Notes: a model not told the origin generated them from the letters alone. DNA of 64,000 nucleotides from Antedon mediterranea (GCF_964355755.1 NC_092678.1:3054422-3118421), one strand, 5' to 3'. Positions 1-14,292 are shown, counted from the first letter of the stretch. A program made the numbers and translations.

Positions 1-449
1 ATATTGCACTGATCAAACTCGAAACACCAATTTCTAACTTTTCCGATTACGTCAAACCTATATGCTTACCAACAAACAACCTACCTACGGGAATCATGAA
101 ACCGGGTAAACTTGGTCGGGTAAACGGCTGGGGGATTACCAGTAACATAACTCTTGCACGGTTCATGAATGAAATATACGTGCCTGTCGTTAGCCAGAGG
201 AAGTGTATTTCTTCAACAAATCTGACAGCAATTACGCGCAATATGTTTTGTGCTGGATACGCGCAGGAAACAACAGATGCGTGCTATGGAGACAGTGGTG
301 GACCATTTTCCATTCTGTATAAAAAACGATGGTACTTGTCCGGTATCGTTAGTTGGGGTGAAGGTTGTGGACAACCGGGAAAATATGGAGTTTACACTAG
401 AATTTCAACGTTACTGAAATGGATAAAGAACGTAATGAGAAAACAATAG
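1..449 (+). CDS. 3' end of a trypsin-family (S1A) serine protease domain, 5'-truncated by the window
   Basis: Frame from position 3 reads (D)IALIKL...YVKPICLP...GWG...NMFCAG...DACYGDSGGP...LSGIVSWGEGCG..GKYGVYTRI. No intron in the visible part; catalytic Ser codon is AGT; Asp in DAC implies trypsin-like S1 specificity. Confidence 0.93.
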   Translation, partial: IALIKLETPISNFSDYVKPICLPTNNLPTGIMKPGKLGRVNGWGITSNITLARFMNEIYVPVVSQRKCISSTNLTAITRNMFCAGYAQETTDACYGDSGGPFSILYKKRWYLSGIVSWGEGCGQPGKYGVYTRISTLLKWIKNVMRKQ

Positions 450-787
450 TTTATACATCAAATATTTTGTAATGTAATAAAAGTTATAAAATAAAAGATT
501 AGTAAGAATTATAATATGAGTAGAACATAGTGATACCTTCATGTTATAGTACATAAGTAATATCTAAAAAATTAATATTACGTTTTCAATTTAAACAAAT
601 AAAAACAAATGATATAATACACAGAAAGGTCAATTTTGTTTCGAGATAGAATATAGAATAACATACTCTTATTAAGTAAGATAATAAATTCATTTATTGG
701 AAAGTGCGCCCTCAGAATAATCATTTCTTCCTCCCTCCTTCCAATTCTGAAAATGTTGTTCTATTCATCAATTTGTTGCTAGTCAGA

Positions 788-1762
788 ATGGAGGCTTTAA
801 TTAAAAATGAAGAATCTTACAAGTCTGATGAAATCTTTATTACTTTCATTACCTGTCTGCTTTTACTGATGTTTCTAATAACGTTTGGTAACCTTTTGGT
901 TCTTTTCACCGTTTACCGAAATTCATCTTTGGCTAAAAAGCCGATTTATATATTTACAGCATCTCTGGCACTTGTTGACTTTACGACCGGTTTGATTGGA
1001 ATACCTTCTTTAGTTATCGGAAAAATGAAATTACTGGAACAAAACTCGTGTAGTGCGTTTTATTTTGTGCCAGTAGTTGTGCTGGTAACAATGTCATTGA
1101 GTAACTTACTGCTTATGACCGCGGATAGATTGTTTGCGATTCGGTTCCCTCTTCGATACATGGTTTGGATGACTGCTGGCAGAGCTGTCAAACTATGTTG
1201 TATTGTTAACGTTGTTGGATTTGTAGTTGGCAGTGCGTCAAACATGGTCTCATTCTGTGCTGTAGTACTTCTTGATTCAAACTATACCTCAATGTGCGAC
1301 AGATATTTAGAAATGTATAGAATCCACGGCTTTTTAATATTTGCATACCTTAATGTAAATATGACGATATTGTCTGTTGTGGTCATGCTTTTCTGTTACT
1401 CGTATATTTTCGTACGAGCTCGGCGGCATATGAAAGAAAGAGCTTCACGTACCGGTACTGATAAACAAATAAACACATTCGATCTAAAGGCTACTAAAAC
1501 AACTGTCACAATCGTCATCACATTTATTATTTGTTTACTGCCAAAGGGTATCCAGGAGTATATAAACGAATCACCCGATCAAGCATGTTTTATGAATAAT
1601 TGGCCGTGCCTTATCGTTGACTTACTAATTCTTTCAAATTCAATGTTAAACCCTTTTATCTATTCCCGGAACAAGACAGTAAGGAAATTATATAAACAAT
1701 CTCTAACTGTTATCATTTCCAAATTCAAGATCAACAAACCAGGTATTAACCAAGCTCAGTGA
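788..1762 (+). CDS. Intronless class A (rhodopsin-like) GPCR, orphan
   Basis: First ATG at 788 (the track ORF starts at GTG 704). Seven hydrophobic segments with GN (TM1), LALVD (TM2), ADRL (TM3), ICLLP (TM6), NSMLNPFIY (TM7). Confidence 0.9.
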   Translation: MEALIKNEESYKSDEIFITFITCLLLLMFLITFGNLLVLFTVYRNSSLAKKPIYIFTASLALVDFTTGLIGIPSLVIGKMKLLEQNSCSAFYFVPVVVLVTMSLSNLLLMTADRLFAIRFPLRYMVWMTAGRAVKLCCIVNVVGFVVGSASNMVSFCAVVLLDSNYTSMCDRYLEMYRIHGFLIFAYLNVNMTILSVVVMLFCYSYIFVRARRHMKERASRTGTDKQINTFDLKATKTTVTIVITFIICLLPKGIQEYINESPDQACFMNNWPCLIVDLLILSNSMLNPFIYSRNKTVRKLYKQSLTVIISKFKINKPGINQAQ

Positions 1763-3672
1763 TGAAGTCACAAAGTGATATCCACACTATGGAAAGTGAT
1801 ATCTAATAGATTTAATCTAATTCATCAGTTTTTGATTAATTTTTGTAACGACGTTCCGTCGAATAGTCTTCTGACTTTTCCGCTTCGGGCGCGCTGCTTA
1901 TTTCTGATGTGAAGTTTCTCCAAAGTGTTGGCGTCAGATGTTATGTTCTTTATAGGTCCGTTGGAGTTTTGAATTTTATTGAAGCTGAATCTGGCAATAT
2001 TAGTGCGTTAAAGTCCCCTTTCAATGTTATTGGTAAAGTGTGCATACCGGTCTCCCTGACCATGTTATGTTAGTGCTACTAAAGTTAATACATTTAGTAA
2101 TAGTTAATAGCAACACGTTTTTGTTGTAGGTTTTTAAAAAGATCTTAAAAGTATTTCTTTAATAGTTGTACAGTTGTAACAAGCATTTCTAAAGAGCGAA
2201 ATACATCGCTCATATTGATAGATTCTTCAAAATCATTAGACATATAGTCTATTTATAAACACAACAATTATAAAGATAACTTGATATTTTTTAAAAATCG
2301 TGCAAACAAACAGCAATTCAAGCAAGTAATTGCCATTTTGTCAATTAATAATTGATCTATGTCAAAGTAGTCGGTAGCTAAAAGGAGGTTTTAATTTCAA
2401 TGTTCTGTACTTGGAGAGAGATTTGTAAATACATTTAACAAGCAATATGATACAATTGTTCTGCAAAAGGTAATATTACAAAATAGAACAACAACAAACA
2501 AATCATAAATAGAATATGTCGTTATATTTAGCTTGTTAATGTAACTGTGTGTAAAGTAACCCAATTACAACAAGAATTGGTTTCAAAGTACAGTAATTTT
2601 TCTATGTTAAGTATGCATTAAAAACATAACAATGAACAAAAGAAGTTAGGTTTTGATGTGTTAATGAACAAAATAATTATTACCGTATATGACAGATCAC
2701 TATTTTGTATTTTATTTCAAAATAACTTAACCTAATTGCTGTTAGGAGTTAATGTTGCTGATTGAGTGAAGGTGTATTTGTAAGCCTACCCAGCTATTCA
2801 ATTATGCGCATGCTCATGTTTCTGAGCGTGTGCAGAATAACTTTTCAACATCATTTTTTGGAAACAGTTTTTTTTTCAAGTGTTTCGAATATGTTTTTTC
2901 TATGGTTTAATTCTTCAATAAATGTATAAGAAACTGAATCACTTAATTACTTTAAGTCGACATTATAGATTCTGTCATGAATTACCACAACTCTCTCAAG
3001 TTTATTAAATAAAAAATTTAGAAAATCAATTGTGTAGGCCTAATAATTCTGGTATATAATTGTAGTCATTTTCCAAGATATTTGCCAGATGTTGTTCGTG
3101 TAATTAGTTATGTGATAATATATGTAATTCAGTCACAGCGTTGCATTACCATATAAAATGTTCTAAAAATATGTATATGTATATTTCTCTGTTAATGTAA
3201 AATTTAATTAGTTGTTGTGGAATTAAACATTTATAACAGCAAATATACTGGTATTTGCCAAATTTTCAAGGCATTTGGCAAATGTTAATGTTTAGTGTAC
3301 ATTATTATATGGAAATGTTGTTTCAGTTTCCAAATAGTTTCGATATGAATGTTAATTCAATTTGAAATTGAAGCTTTCAATAAAATCTTTAGAATTTCAA
3401 AAACAGTTTTGTTAAGTTAAATCTTATACAGTTTTTAAAGATAGATAAGAAGATATAATGTAGTCTTTATCCTTGAATGAAGATCGCTGTACTTATAGGC
3501 TAAATTATCATTGTTATCAGTTATCAGTTACCGTACGTTCGTCCGTATGTTTGGTGACTTTTACTGGTAATAAAAAGGTTTAAGAAGCTTGTTATTTTTT
3601 CAATGTACGTCCGTCGAGTTAGATTCCAGCTTTATTATTTTATTACTCGTTTTAATTTCTAGAGCTGGGAGG

Positions 3673-5484
3673 ATGGGTAAGATTATATTTTGTTATTATT
3701 TATTTATTTAATCATATCACTAAGGATTGACAAAAGAAATGTTCACAAACAAACTTTAGAAACTAAAGTCATAAGAGTGGAAATCGGTACAACATCAAAC
3801 AAACTAATTACACTTACACTAGTTACACTAGTGGTCATTGTAATCCGTTACGTGAACAACCGATTGTGCAGTCGTCCTCAGATAGATTCTAATGATTATC
3901 GAACGTCAGTTCGAAACTTGTCTAGGTGTATTAAATACTTTGAATACATTATTATTTATGTCAGTATGCTCTATCTATAGGTGGATCGTGATAATTTGGT
4001 ACTTTGACTTTTAACTATAGAATAATAATTATTATATAATAATCAATATTTGTTTTCCCATTAGCTGTACCAAGAGTTCATACTGTGCTTTCTGGAAAGT
4101 ACATAGAACAAAATTACCTTGCTTCCAAGATTGGTAAAGATTTTAAGGTGATTTCGTTCGATGCATTTTGTAGTAACACTACAAAATACTCGCACGAAAT
4201 CGAAGGAATAATTGTCTACTCCGGAGACATTAGATCATTTTCAAACAAGCTTATCTCATCGCTTCCGAACTTGAAAGTTATTAGTATACAGGGTTCTGGA
4301 ACGGATGGACTTGATGTTGAATGGCTTCACAGACGCAACATCCGGGTATCACACACTCCTCATACAACTGCAGAAGCAACTGCGGATATAGCTATTTTAC
4401 TTATGCTTGCAACAGCTAGAAAACTGATGGAAGGTAAGTCCAGATAGAAGTAGCTTTGGGGTATTTTACTGAAAAATTTCAAAAGAAAAACCGCCTAAAA
4501 TGGGATATAGTGTACATAAAGTTGCTATCTCCGGAGACAACATATTTTGAACTCATACGAACTTCCATCCATGACTCCATAGATTTACCAGACTCACAAA
4601 ATCTGACCCAATATAATATTTATATCTGAACAATTTTGATTTACAGCTATTCAGCTCGCAAGAAACACCAACAACAATATAGGAAAATCGGCCCAGTTTA
4701 TACTGACAGGCCGAAATGTTAGCGGGGAAACAATTGGCATAATTGGAATGGGAAATATAGGCTACTGTGTTGCACAACGAGCATTGGGATTCAGGATGAA
4801 AATCCTGTATCACAACAGAAGAAGGTTGGTTTAAATTTGGTTCGATCCTAGGTCGCTGATTCAAACAGTATTCATACGATATTGCCTAAGAAAAATTTCT
4901 ACGAATTTTCAACAGATCTAAACTTGAAGACGCGGTCCACGCCCAGTATTGGAGTAACATTGAAGAACTCTTAAAGTTGTCTGATTTTGTTGTGATAGCA
5001 ACGCCTCTTACGCACCAAACCGACGACTTGATTGGAGAACAAGAATTAGCTCTCATGAAACCAACCGCCATCTTAATCAATGTTGCAAGAGGTAAAACAT
5101 AAATTAACTTGACTTTGTTTTTCACTCGCATAGATTTGATCTTCTTTACTACTTTTGATCTTCTTTACTACTTTTGATTATGTACGTGATTTATAATCAT
5201 TTCTATTTATGTAAATGACAGGTCGCGTGGTAAACACGGACGCTTTAGTCGACACTTTAAGGAATGGAACAATTCAAGCAGCAGGACTTGATGTCACGGA
5301 ACCAGAGCCGCTTCCATGTGATCATCCTCTTTTTAAAATGGAAAACGTCATAGTTTCTGGTCACTGTGGAATATCAACGATCAAATGCAGAGATGAGATG
5401 ATCCAACAGGCTGTTGATAACTTAAGACCTGGTTTATCTGGCGGTGTTATGAACAATGAGCTTTTTCCTTTATCTTTAAAATAG
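3673..5484 (+). CDS. D-isomer-specific 2-hydroxyacid dehydrogenase, glyoxylate/hydroxypyruvate (2-ketogluconate) reductase-like; exons 3673-3676, 4065-4433, 4647-4824, 4916-5091, 5222-5484
   Basis: Phase-consistent GT-AG splicing gives LPNLKVIS..GSGTDGLDV, TAEATAD, GIIGMGNIG (Rossmann GxGxxG), MKPTAILINVARG, AAGLDVTEPEPLP and the catalytic His in VSGH. The ATG-G first coding exon is inferred from phase match only. Confidence 0.88.
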
Positions 5485-6544
5485 AAGTACATCTTTAGCC
5501 GAGGTGTCAAGTGCTTGCATAATGTAGTACTGTATTAATAATTAACCAAATTGAGACGTTCTTTCTGTCTGCTAATAGCAGATTCGACAAAAACCCATGC
5601 AGCTACTTTGTAAATAGGCCAAATAAAATATAAATTTTAACAGATATTTACTGTATTTATTAATGTATATTATTACATAGGCTTAGACAAAGTAAATAAA
5701 TCATCATTATTGTATAAAGATCCACTGCTTGAAAAATACCTATATAAAATACGAATTATTGATCTAGGCCTAGTAAACGATAATGTAAATAACGGAACAT
5801 TAAAATGTCCACGATCTGCGGGAAAATTTCTTTATATTCGACAGCGGTGCTATAAACTAATATGAATTAATATGATATTGCAGGTGAAGTTAAGCGTTGC
5901 CTCAGGCCAATATCCTCCTGCTTGTACCATTTCTTCCGGTCTACTGAAGGTCACTCGCCTGCTTTCCCGCTGTTTCGTCATCGCTTTAGCTCCTCCCATC
6001 GTATATCATCGTTTTTTGTATCGTACAATTTATACTACGGTATAATCATCACTAAGTTTTTAAGTAGCCTACACTTACTTGATTGAGTTTTCTGTGCAAT
6101 ATTTAATCTGATTCTATCAACTGTTTGTGGGTGTCCATCACAATTAATTGTGATATTTGACTTTTGTGAGTTATTCGTTATTTCATTACATATGAGTTGG
6201 ATACAACGACAAACATAAATCTTCGTATTTACTATTAACAAATCGTCGGCGAGGAATTATGTACAACCAACGAACATACAAGCTTAATTTTTGATTGGTT
6301 TTGAAACATATGGTTGTCATCTTGGTACATTCTTCATTTATAAAATAATTCATCTCACTTTGTTTGGAAGAAATTAAATTTGACTTTCTGTGTGCAATAA
6401 ACTTTGCATTTTGTGTTTTAATTGATGATTTTTGTTTACGACAAACGGCCACAGTGTTGAATAACGTCGGTTGTTTTAAGATGTCAAAACCTACCACTTT
6501 ACCCGCAAGGCGTTCGTCGCAATTGATTGTCAGTGAACTGTCCT

Positions 6545-9500
6545 ATGCATACGGTAGGCCTTGCTGATGAATCTCCAGCGAATGAGGTAGTCGTCCTAGC
6601 AACTGGCATAGACCAATACATCAAGCAAATATTTCATCATCTTGATTTCAACAACACTGGCGTCATCAACAAAGACGACTTCGATATTTTGTGTAAAATA
6701 TTGAAAATAATAAAAACCCAGGACATTATTGAAAATGGTACTATTGATGTACCTTTTAAGCAGTTTCATAGTCGTTTGGTCGATCATTTCATGTCTAAAT
6801 CACAACTGAGTGAGTTTTCGCAACCAAGCCATAATTGGAGACAAAATGTAGAGATGATAAACGTTGAAGTAGATATTCCAAACAGAAATGGAATTACTGT
6901 AAAGAATATGTGTAGTGAGTGCTACCAAACTAAACCAATGTCAGAAATATATGAATCGTTACTTACTAAATTTGGATATGATCGCATTAACGACACTCCT
7001 TCTATTGTTAGCAAACATTCGCTTTTTGAGGAGCACCAAGAACTGACAGAACAGTACAGAAATATGAGCAAAGAGAACGAAGCACTGAGAGAAGTAGTGG
7101 AAGATATGCGTCTTGCTCTGCAGGCAAGTGACGCACGAACTCTTGCTCTCCAAGTTGCACTGACCAAACTAGCCCAAGGAAACGGACATGTCCAAGAAGA
7201 TACTAGGATTGGACAGTTCTCCAGATTATGTAAAGAACTTGACGAAATTAAACATACTCGTAATCAGCAGATTGAGAAAGCAGTGTTACGTCATTCACAA
7301 GAGTTGACGTCAGACCTTGCGTTGGCCAAAGTACAGATGGAAGAAACTGAAAAGAGTCGACAGACATTGATGTCAAACCAGAACACAATGCGCGTACAGC
7401 TTCAATGCGCGCGAGACGCACTGAAGATCGCTTTGACGCAAGTTAAACACCTTGAAAAAAGGTTGAAAAGCGCTGTCAGGTAAGGAAAACAAATTATTTT
7501 GGTATTATTTTGTAATAATAGAAAGAAAATTATTTCTTCTTATAATTTACAGTACTTTGAATTTAAATATAATATGTATACAGGACGTAGAATCTAAAAA
7601 AGTGCTATCAATTATATTAATGAAATGTTCATAAAATCCTATTAATAACTTTTGGATATTTTGATACACCTGTTCTCGGAATCGATATTTTCAATTATGA
7701 GCATGTGAAATTAATAATAATTTCCAAGATAAACGAAATGGGTCAAATAACAGTACAGAATTATGAATTAAGAAATCACTGGGAATCAACTTATTAACTA
7801 ATGCCAAGGATTAAAGGTCCAACACAATGCAGGGATATGTTATCATTCATACTACAATAATTTCCCGTAAGCACTCAGTACAAAGGTTATTGACCAAGCC
7901 GCCGTGCTAACACGCTGAGCAGCCGGACCCGGTGGCGAACTTCTTGTTGTTGGTTATTGAGGCTGAAGAAAACATTTGTTTTGGAAGATTATATTCGTGA
8001 AAATCAGTACATTAAGTGCTTTTGTTGTTATAACAGCTAAGAAAACGCCTCGAAAATGTGTTTTCTCAGTTGAAACTACTTTATTGAATAAGTAATTTCC
8101 AACAATCTTGCGTACTTGAGTGTTAGTGGGTCACACATGCAAAGTGAAATTTTTTAAACAATATTAGTCTATTACATATTAAATTAATTAAAGAAAGAGT
8201 TATTCGTTTCGCCTCCTCCACATTGTTTTGATTTAATGAAACACATCATACATATAATTTTCAAAGTTACCAAGCAATTTATGTTGATATCGATTTAACT
8301 AAATGTAATTTGATTACTATAGTCAATTCAATTCTTTATTTATTTCCACATACACCATCCCCACATACTTACTTTAAGATCTGCACAGATCTTTAATTGA
8401 TAAGATACTGAAAATAATAATATTTTACCATTTTCTTTAAAAAATTAATATTACATTTTATTGGAATTTATTCTTTTAGCTCAATTTCCGTTCAGACCGA
8501 CTTAAATTGTGACAGCGTTATAGAAGATGGTATTTCGTTACAATCAGGTGATTATAATAAGGGTAGTGTGGACAGTAGATTAAGTCACAGTGGTAAGTTC
8601 CTTTAAATGTATAAATTTAGAAATATCAAGGGATGGGATTGGGATGCAATCATCTCGAGAAAAAAGTACTGTCAATCATTAGCAATTTATTGATGCAAAA
8701 TCCATAGAAATATATTGAAATAGTTGTGCTAACTTGTAACAAATAACCGGAAAACAACATATTTTCCCAACTTCAGGGCTACAAACTTACAATTACTAAA
8801 TTATAACTTAGATTAATAAAACTCTAAATCATCAACAGCTCTCACACTAAGTTGGAGACTTGCCATGACACCAAACATTTAAGATTGAATTTAATAGATA
8901 GAATATGTGTTTACAACTGACTAGTGTTTCGCAATTTGATCTACCATAGATTCTCAGAAAACAACAGTGTGAAAAACAATTATCTAATTTACAAACTATT
9001 TTAACGTCGTCGACTGGTGCTCCTAGTACTTTGTAAATATTAGATTGTCAATGCCCGCTAAGTTCCAATTCCAAAACATCAGTTACAATGACGACAATAA
9101 CATGACAATCTCAAACCCCTGGTGAGAATAATTATCATGTTTGTTTTGAAATAAAATTGATATTCCTAGGAGAGGAAAATTAAAGAAAGTGAAATAAACT
9201 TCTTCTCAATAAAAAAAAAACTTGAGATCACAGGTTCATGTTAACGGGGACTGTAGGGTACACGTGTCAATCAAGTGTTTGATGACGTAATTGTGTATGT
9301 CAACAAACAAATTATGTACTAATGTTTCAGATATAATTTAACTTTTCTAAAATAAAAATTACTATGTCATTAACGTTACAATAATAAAATCCACCAACAA
9401 AATAGAAAATATGTATCCCACTATTACGTCATACATTTTGTAGGTCTATAAGAAAGTTTAACGTTTTGTTACATGTAGATTCTGACGAGGAGTCAATGGT

Positions 9501-10517
9501 GAAGTGGTCAACGAAAGAAGAGTCAATGATCGAGTGGTCAAAGAAGGAGGAGCCAATGATGAAGGAGGGGTCGATGAAGAAGTGGTCAACGAATTCTTAC
9601 GATGGCGCCAAAGTGGCGATATTAAAACAAAGAGTGATTGAATCTGAAGAAAACAGCAAGATGATCAAACAGAGATTTAAACAAGTAATGAATATTGTAT
9701 TTCATTTATTACTTAATACAGGTCTTTCCAACATGGACTTGAACGACACTTTCCACACCGTCACGTATTGATAGCTTTGATGATTACGCCACCAACTCAC
9801 TTTCTTGTTATGAATCATTACAGATGGAAACTGACCTATTGACCGAGTTAGAGCAACGGCTGCAGGAGATGGAAACTACCAATCAAGAACTACAGAAACT
9901 TAGAACGGAGCAAGTCCGACAAAATATAATAGAGACGACGTTGGCGCAAATCATACAGATACTACGAAAAATAAGAAAACTAGTAAATAAAAGACCAATA
10001 AAAGATTACTTTTCTAACTCTATTATTTTAGTTCTCTCAAAATATAATATAGTACAAAGTAGTGCAGTTTCTTCAAAGTAAAAGCATCTTTTATTGTTTA
10101 TTTTTTGTAGGGATTAGCAAAGAGAATTGTGGGTAAACTGATTTTTGAAACCATTGATTTGTGTCCAGTAACGGATCCACCAGATGAGGGTAAGAAAAGC
10201 ATGTGTGACGCTTTAAGGGATCTACCTACTCTGTTTAAACATCTCGTTTTTCATAGAAATTAGGCCTACTTTGTCTTTTACCATAAAGGTAAATTAATCT
10301 TTCAGAGGCAGATGTGAGAAATGTTGTTCATTTATTTCACAAGCAACTTCAGAATGTTGAATATCTACCAGCGATTAAAGAACCGACGTCCGTTACACCA
10401 CCAGTCCACGTGCTGAAAACAGGCGGGAATACGAAAGCTGGTGTATCAACAAATAACATAGCAACCAAATGTGTACAGATACATACCCACTTCTACACAT
10501 TTAGTCCTAAGAAATAA
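6545..10517 (+). CDS. EFCC1: EF-hand and coiled-coil domain-containing protein 1 (CCDC48)-like; exons 6545-7479, 8480-8592, 9479-9684, 9824-9982, 10111-10189, 10306-10517
   Basis: NEVVVLATGIDQYIKQIFHHLD (EF-hand region), LREVVEDMRLALQASDARTLALQV coiled coil, C-terminal LAKRIVGKLIFETID. All splice phases are consistent. Confidence 0.8.
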
Positions 10518-10777
10518 ACATGTTTAGTTGGGCTTATGTGTTTGTTGTTTTTGAAAAGAAGGCGAAAGTATACCTCTTTAACAATGTAGGCCCTAGTAAT
10601 CAATAAGGCTATGCCTTACATGATAGTGATTGTTATTTAATATGTTAAATTGTATTATTAGGGGCCTATACAGATATTAAATGTATGCAAAATAGAGCTA
10701 CAAAATATGAGTATCTTCAGAGCATCAAAATGTTTATTTGATAACAAACAAGTGCATTCATATATACAGGATTTCTA

Positions 10778-10965
10778 ATTTAGCTAAATTATTTATATAT
10801 AAATCATTATTTAACATAATTTATTGTACATTATAGGCCTACTACATATAGTTTTGTTTCATTTAAAGCATATTTATTCTTCTATGAGGCACCAAGTACA
10901 AATTTATTATTTAGCTAAATTATTTATATATAAATCATTATTTAACATTTAATTTATTGTACATA
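10778..10965. repeat. Direct duplication of an ~55-bp AT-rich segment
   Basis: ATTTAGCTAAATTATTTATATATAAATCATTATTTAACAT..AATTTATTGTACAT occurs at ~10778 and ~10910. Confidence 0.75.
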
Positions 10966-11169
10966 TACCATTTTTCATTTAAAACATTGTATGTATTTAA
11001 TTTATTCAACTTTCTTGTATTTCCAGGCCTATAATAACTTATTACAAATTATTATTTCTAAATGACAATTGGCAATTTAATTATTTATTAAACAATTATT
11101 AAGAATTAATTCTTGAACATTTTAATTATCCATAAATAATGGTGTAAATAAAAACATTGTTTCAATGAA

Positions 11170-12900
11170 GCATTTTATGAACGACACATTAAAATCATTT
11201 TCTATCAAGGCAGGTCATATTTTCAACGTCAAATTTGCTGGAGAACGTGGAATTGATGCAAGGTGGTATTACACAAGAGTTGTTTTGTTTGGTAATTCCA
11301 CTATTAAGAGACATTTGTTGTTTGACAGCAGCATCTAATATAAATATTTTGTAGGGAATTCAAAGACATAGATAAAGACCTAGCATCTACTGTATTGCCA
11401 ATATCATTTTATTGGAGGTACAGTAATAGTGAGGACAAGTGTAGTGAATTAATACAGAAATTTGCTATCTTTGTTTTATTTTGACGTTATCATTAAAAAG
11501 ATTTGAATTTTTCCTATGCTAGACTACTGCATATATTATAATGTATTGTATAATCTTAAATTACTATGACACAAAATAACTTGAAACATACTTCAGGTCG
11601 TAGGATGGCATACTCATTTTCGATGCTTATAGTTTAACATATGTGTTCAAATCTTGTTATTATTTATTATACAGTATACCAAAATTGGTGACAATACCTA
11701 AACTGAATTCATGACTTTTTGTATGGCAGATAGTTTCAACAAGTTAGATGCATACCAAGTATTCAACCTTTTCAGAATTAAACATTCTGAAAACGGAAGC
11801 AATGATCGAGAGAAAGAAGAAACTAAGACCGTGTATTTTCTTGATTTATTGGAGTGTTTAAGTAAAGGTAAATATGGTGCCACAGAATTTACCGAACCAA
11901 ACATACCTACAACCAACAGACCAGCATCTTCAGAAGACCAACCGCAAATCGCAAACCAAGTCCAACACTCCGAAACCAAACCAAACCAAGAACCAAAACA
12001 ACCCACGATGTCAGTACAACAGGAACTTATACCTCTGCCTATGTTCAACAGTGGAAGATAGAAGGAGTAGCCATACTTAAAATGGCTCTAGATAGCCTCA
12101 TTGAGGTATACCCAAACCTAACTGAAAGTACCAAGTCCTGCTTGGAAGACTGGAAGGCAACGCCAAACGACTAGCCGAAGCATTTATCCACGAACCAATA
12201 CCATACAGCAATGCAATGGGCGCATCAACAGAGAAATGCGGCCAACCGTCCCATAATAAGAAAGAGAAAATAATAAAAAAAGTAATAGATCAGTAACGCC
12301 ACCAGTGTGAATTGGAGGGTTTGATCGATTCTCAGGAGATCAAGGAAAATGGAGGATATTGGGTGAGGCAAATCATTGACTTTTTAGAAACAGAGATGGC
12401 TTCATAAAAACTGCATTGAAGCACTTTCTCGTGTATAAATAAAAGCCGCAACTGGATAGCCTAGTTGAAGGCATGGATATTTTTGGAATGAAGACATTTT
12501 CAAAAACATACCCAGGTAATTTCTGCCAGTTTCCTACAATTAATTTATGACTGTCAAAATTATAGTCTCATAGTCAATAATGCTGAAAGATAAGTACAGT
12601 AGTTCAATTAAGATATTTTAAAATTATTTCTGCATGTTGATAAGTGGATAGGGTAATATCTGAGATTTTGGTGGAAGAACCCCTGAATTTTTTTTAATTT
12701 CGTTCTGTAAAAGTATAAGGAATGCTACACAACCTTAACCACATATAGGCCTAGGAAGTTAAAAAAAGAAATGAAATACCACTGAAATTTTAGAATAGGA
12801 TTTGTTTCTCTTTTAAATTTTAATTATAATGTGTCCAGTTCAAACTGTGCACGGTTTAAAATTGACAATGCTTCGACACTACAAGGCTTTTAATGTAACT
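11170..12900 (+). pseudogene. Degenerate HECT-domain E3 ligase (G2E3-like HECT) remnants
   Basis: 11222 FNVKFAGERGIDA/(frameshift)GGITQELF matches the HECT VxFxGExGxDxGG..E motif; 11711 FNLFRIKHSENGSNDREKEETKTVYFLDLLE ends at an AAG|GTAAAT donor; ~12400 FIKTALKHFLVYK*KPQLDSLVEGMDIFG. Stops and frameshifts are present. Confidence 0.7.
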
Positions 12901-13934
12901 ATAAAGATGAGGTGCCATTATTAACAGGGTTTAAAAAAAATATTTATTTCAGAAAAAAACTGAAAAGCAATTAAGGACTGGTAAGTCAGATGTATTACTG
13001 TTGTATGTCAAGATTAATATCCTGAAAAGTTTACAATATTGTATTATCCTGTAGATGTCTATGTTTTGATTCAATGTGGGATTATAAACTCGTTCCAGTA
13101 CCTTTTTCTAAATTTTATGGATTTATAGTAAGTAATAAACATATATTCCTATAACAGAAATGCAACAAAAAGAATACGCCAACTTGAAATTGACCAACAA
13201 GAATTTAATTATTTTCCAATAAGACTGAAAAGTATTCAATCTTTTCAGAATAGAATATTTTGAAAACGGAAGCAATGAATGACTGAGAGAAAGAAGAAGC
13301 TACACCCAAGTGTTTAAGTATATGTAAATATAAAAGCATTTTACAAAATTATAAAAGTATACCTTCTTTATGATTTTACGTTAAATATTTAAACATGATT
13401 TTTTTGGGTGTTTGGCACAATTACATTTTGATTGAACAAAATGAAAAGATTTTATTTATCTTAATTGTAATAACCTTTCTAACCATTTTTTTCACTTTCA
13501 ATGCAATTCATAGCTTATCATAGATTTCTAAATTAAAGGTTTATTTTAAAAAGCCTGTGACTATTTTAAAAGAGTTATTACAGTGGTACTGGACACCATG
13601 TCCGAATATAATATAGATTTTATTACGTGAAATGTGCCGGAGGCCATTGTTATTGAAATAAAAGAAAGAAAGAATCGCAGCATTCACTACACAGTCGAGT
13701 ACAGAAGGAAGAATTTAAAATGTTAAGCTCCTTTGAAGCAGATAGTATCAAAAAGTTAGATGTATACCAAATATTCAATCTTTTCAGAATAGAATATTCT
13801 GAAAACGGAAGCAATGATCAGGAGAAAGAAGAAGCTACAGCCACGTATTTTCTTGATTTATTGGAGTGTTTAAGTAAAGGTAAATATAACAGTACTGTAT
13901 ACTACCTTCTTTGATGTTACGATAGATATTTAAA

Positions 13935-14292
13935 CATCTCTTTGGTGGAACTTGGGATTCCCAGTTGCTGTGCATATGTATTACACCGAACGGCAGAGGA
14001 AAATAGAGACAGTTTTCGCGTTGATACTATCCAGAGTGTTCTTGATGATTGTTAAATTACGGTGGATAACCCAGGAAAGGAAATTAAATTGGTTACCGAG
14101 TTGAAAAGTCTTCTTGCTAAAGGTGTTTTTAGATTAACAAAACGGATTAGCAACGATCCCACTGTGATTGACTCCATACCAGACGATGAATGTGCTAAGG
14201 AAGTCAAAGGTTTAGATTTTAATAATAAAACCTTGCTGACAGAGAGGTGTACTGTACAATGGGATGTGGAATTAAATTCCTTTGGATATGAA
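13935..14292 (+). mobile_element. BEL/Pao LTR retrotransposon reverse-transcriptase fragment (degenerate)
   Basis: HLFGG..SCCAYVLHRTAEEN and LLAKGVFRLTKRISND...IPDDECAKEVKGLD..ER..VQWD resemble BEL/Pao RT motifs (HLFGAxSSP, GGFxLTKWxSN). Confidence 0.8.

Noticed and set aside
704-787. GTG/TTG-initiated N-terminal extensions in the ORF track (also 6527, 47195, 60793)
   Set aside because: Artefacts of bacterial-style start codons; downstream ATGs and splice sites fit the homologs better.
1830-2010. ~60-codon open stretch on the minus strand downstream of the first GPCR
   Set aside because: No start codon, splice context or recognisable motif.
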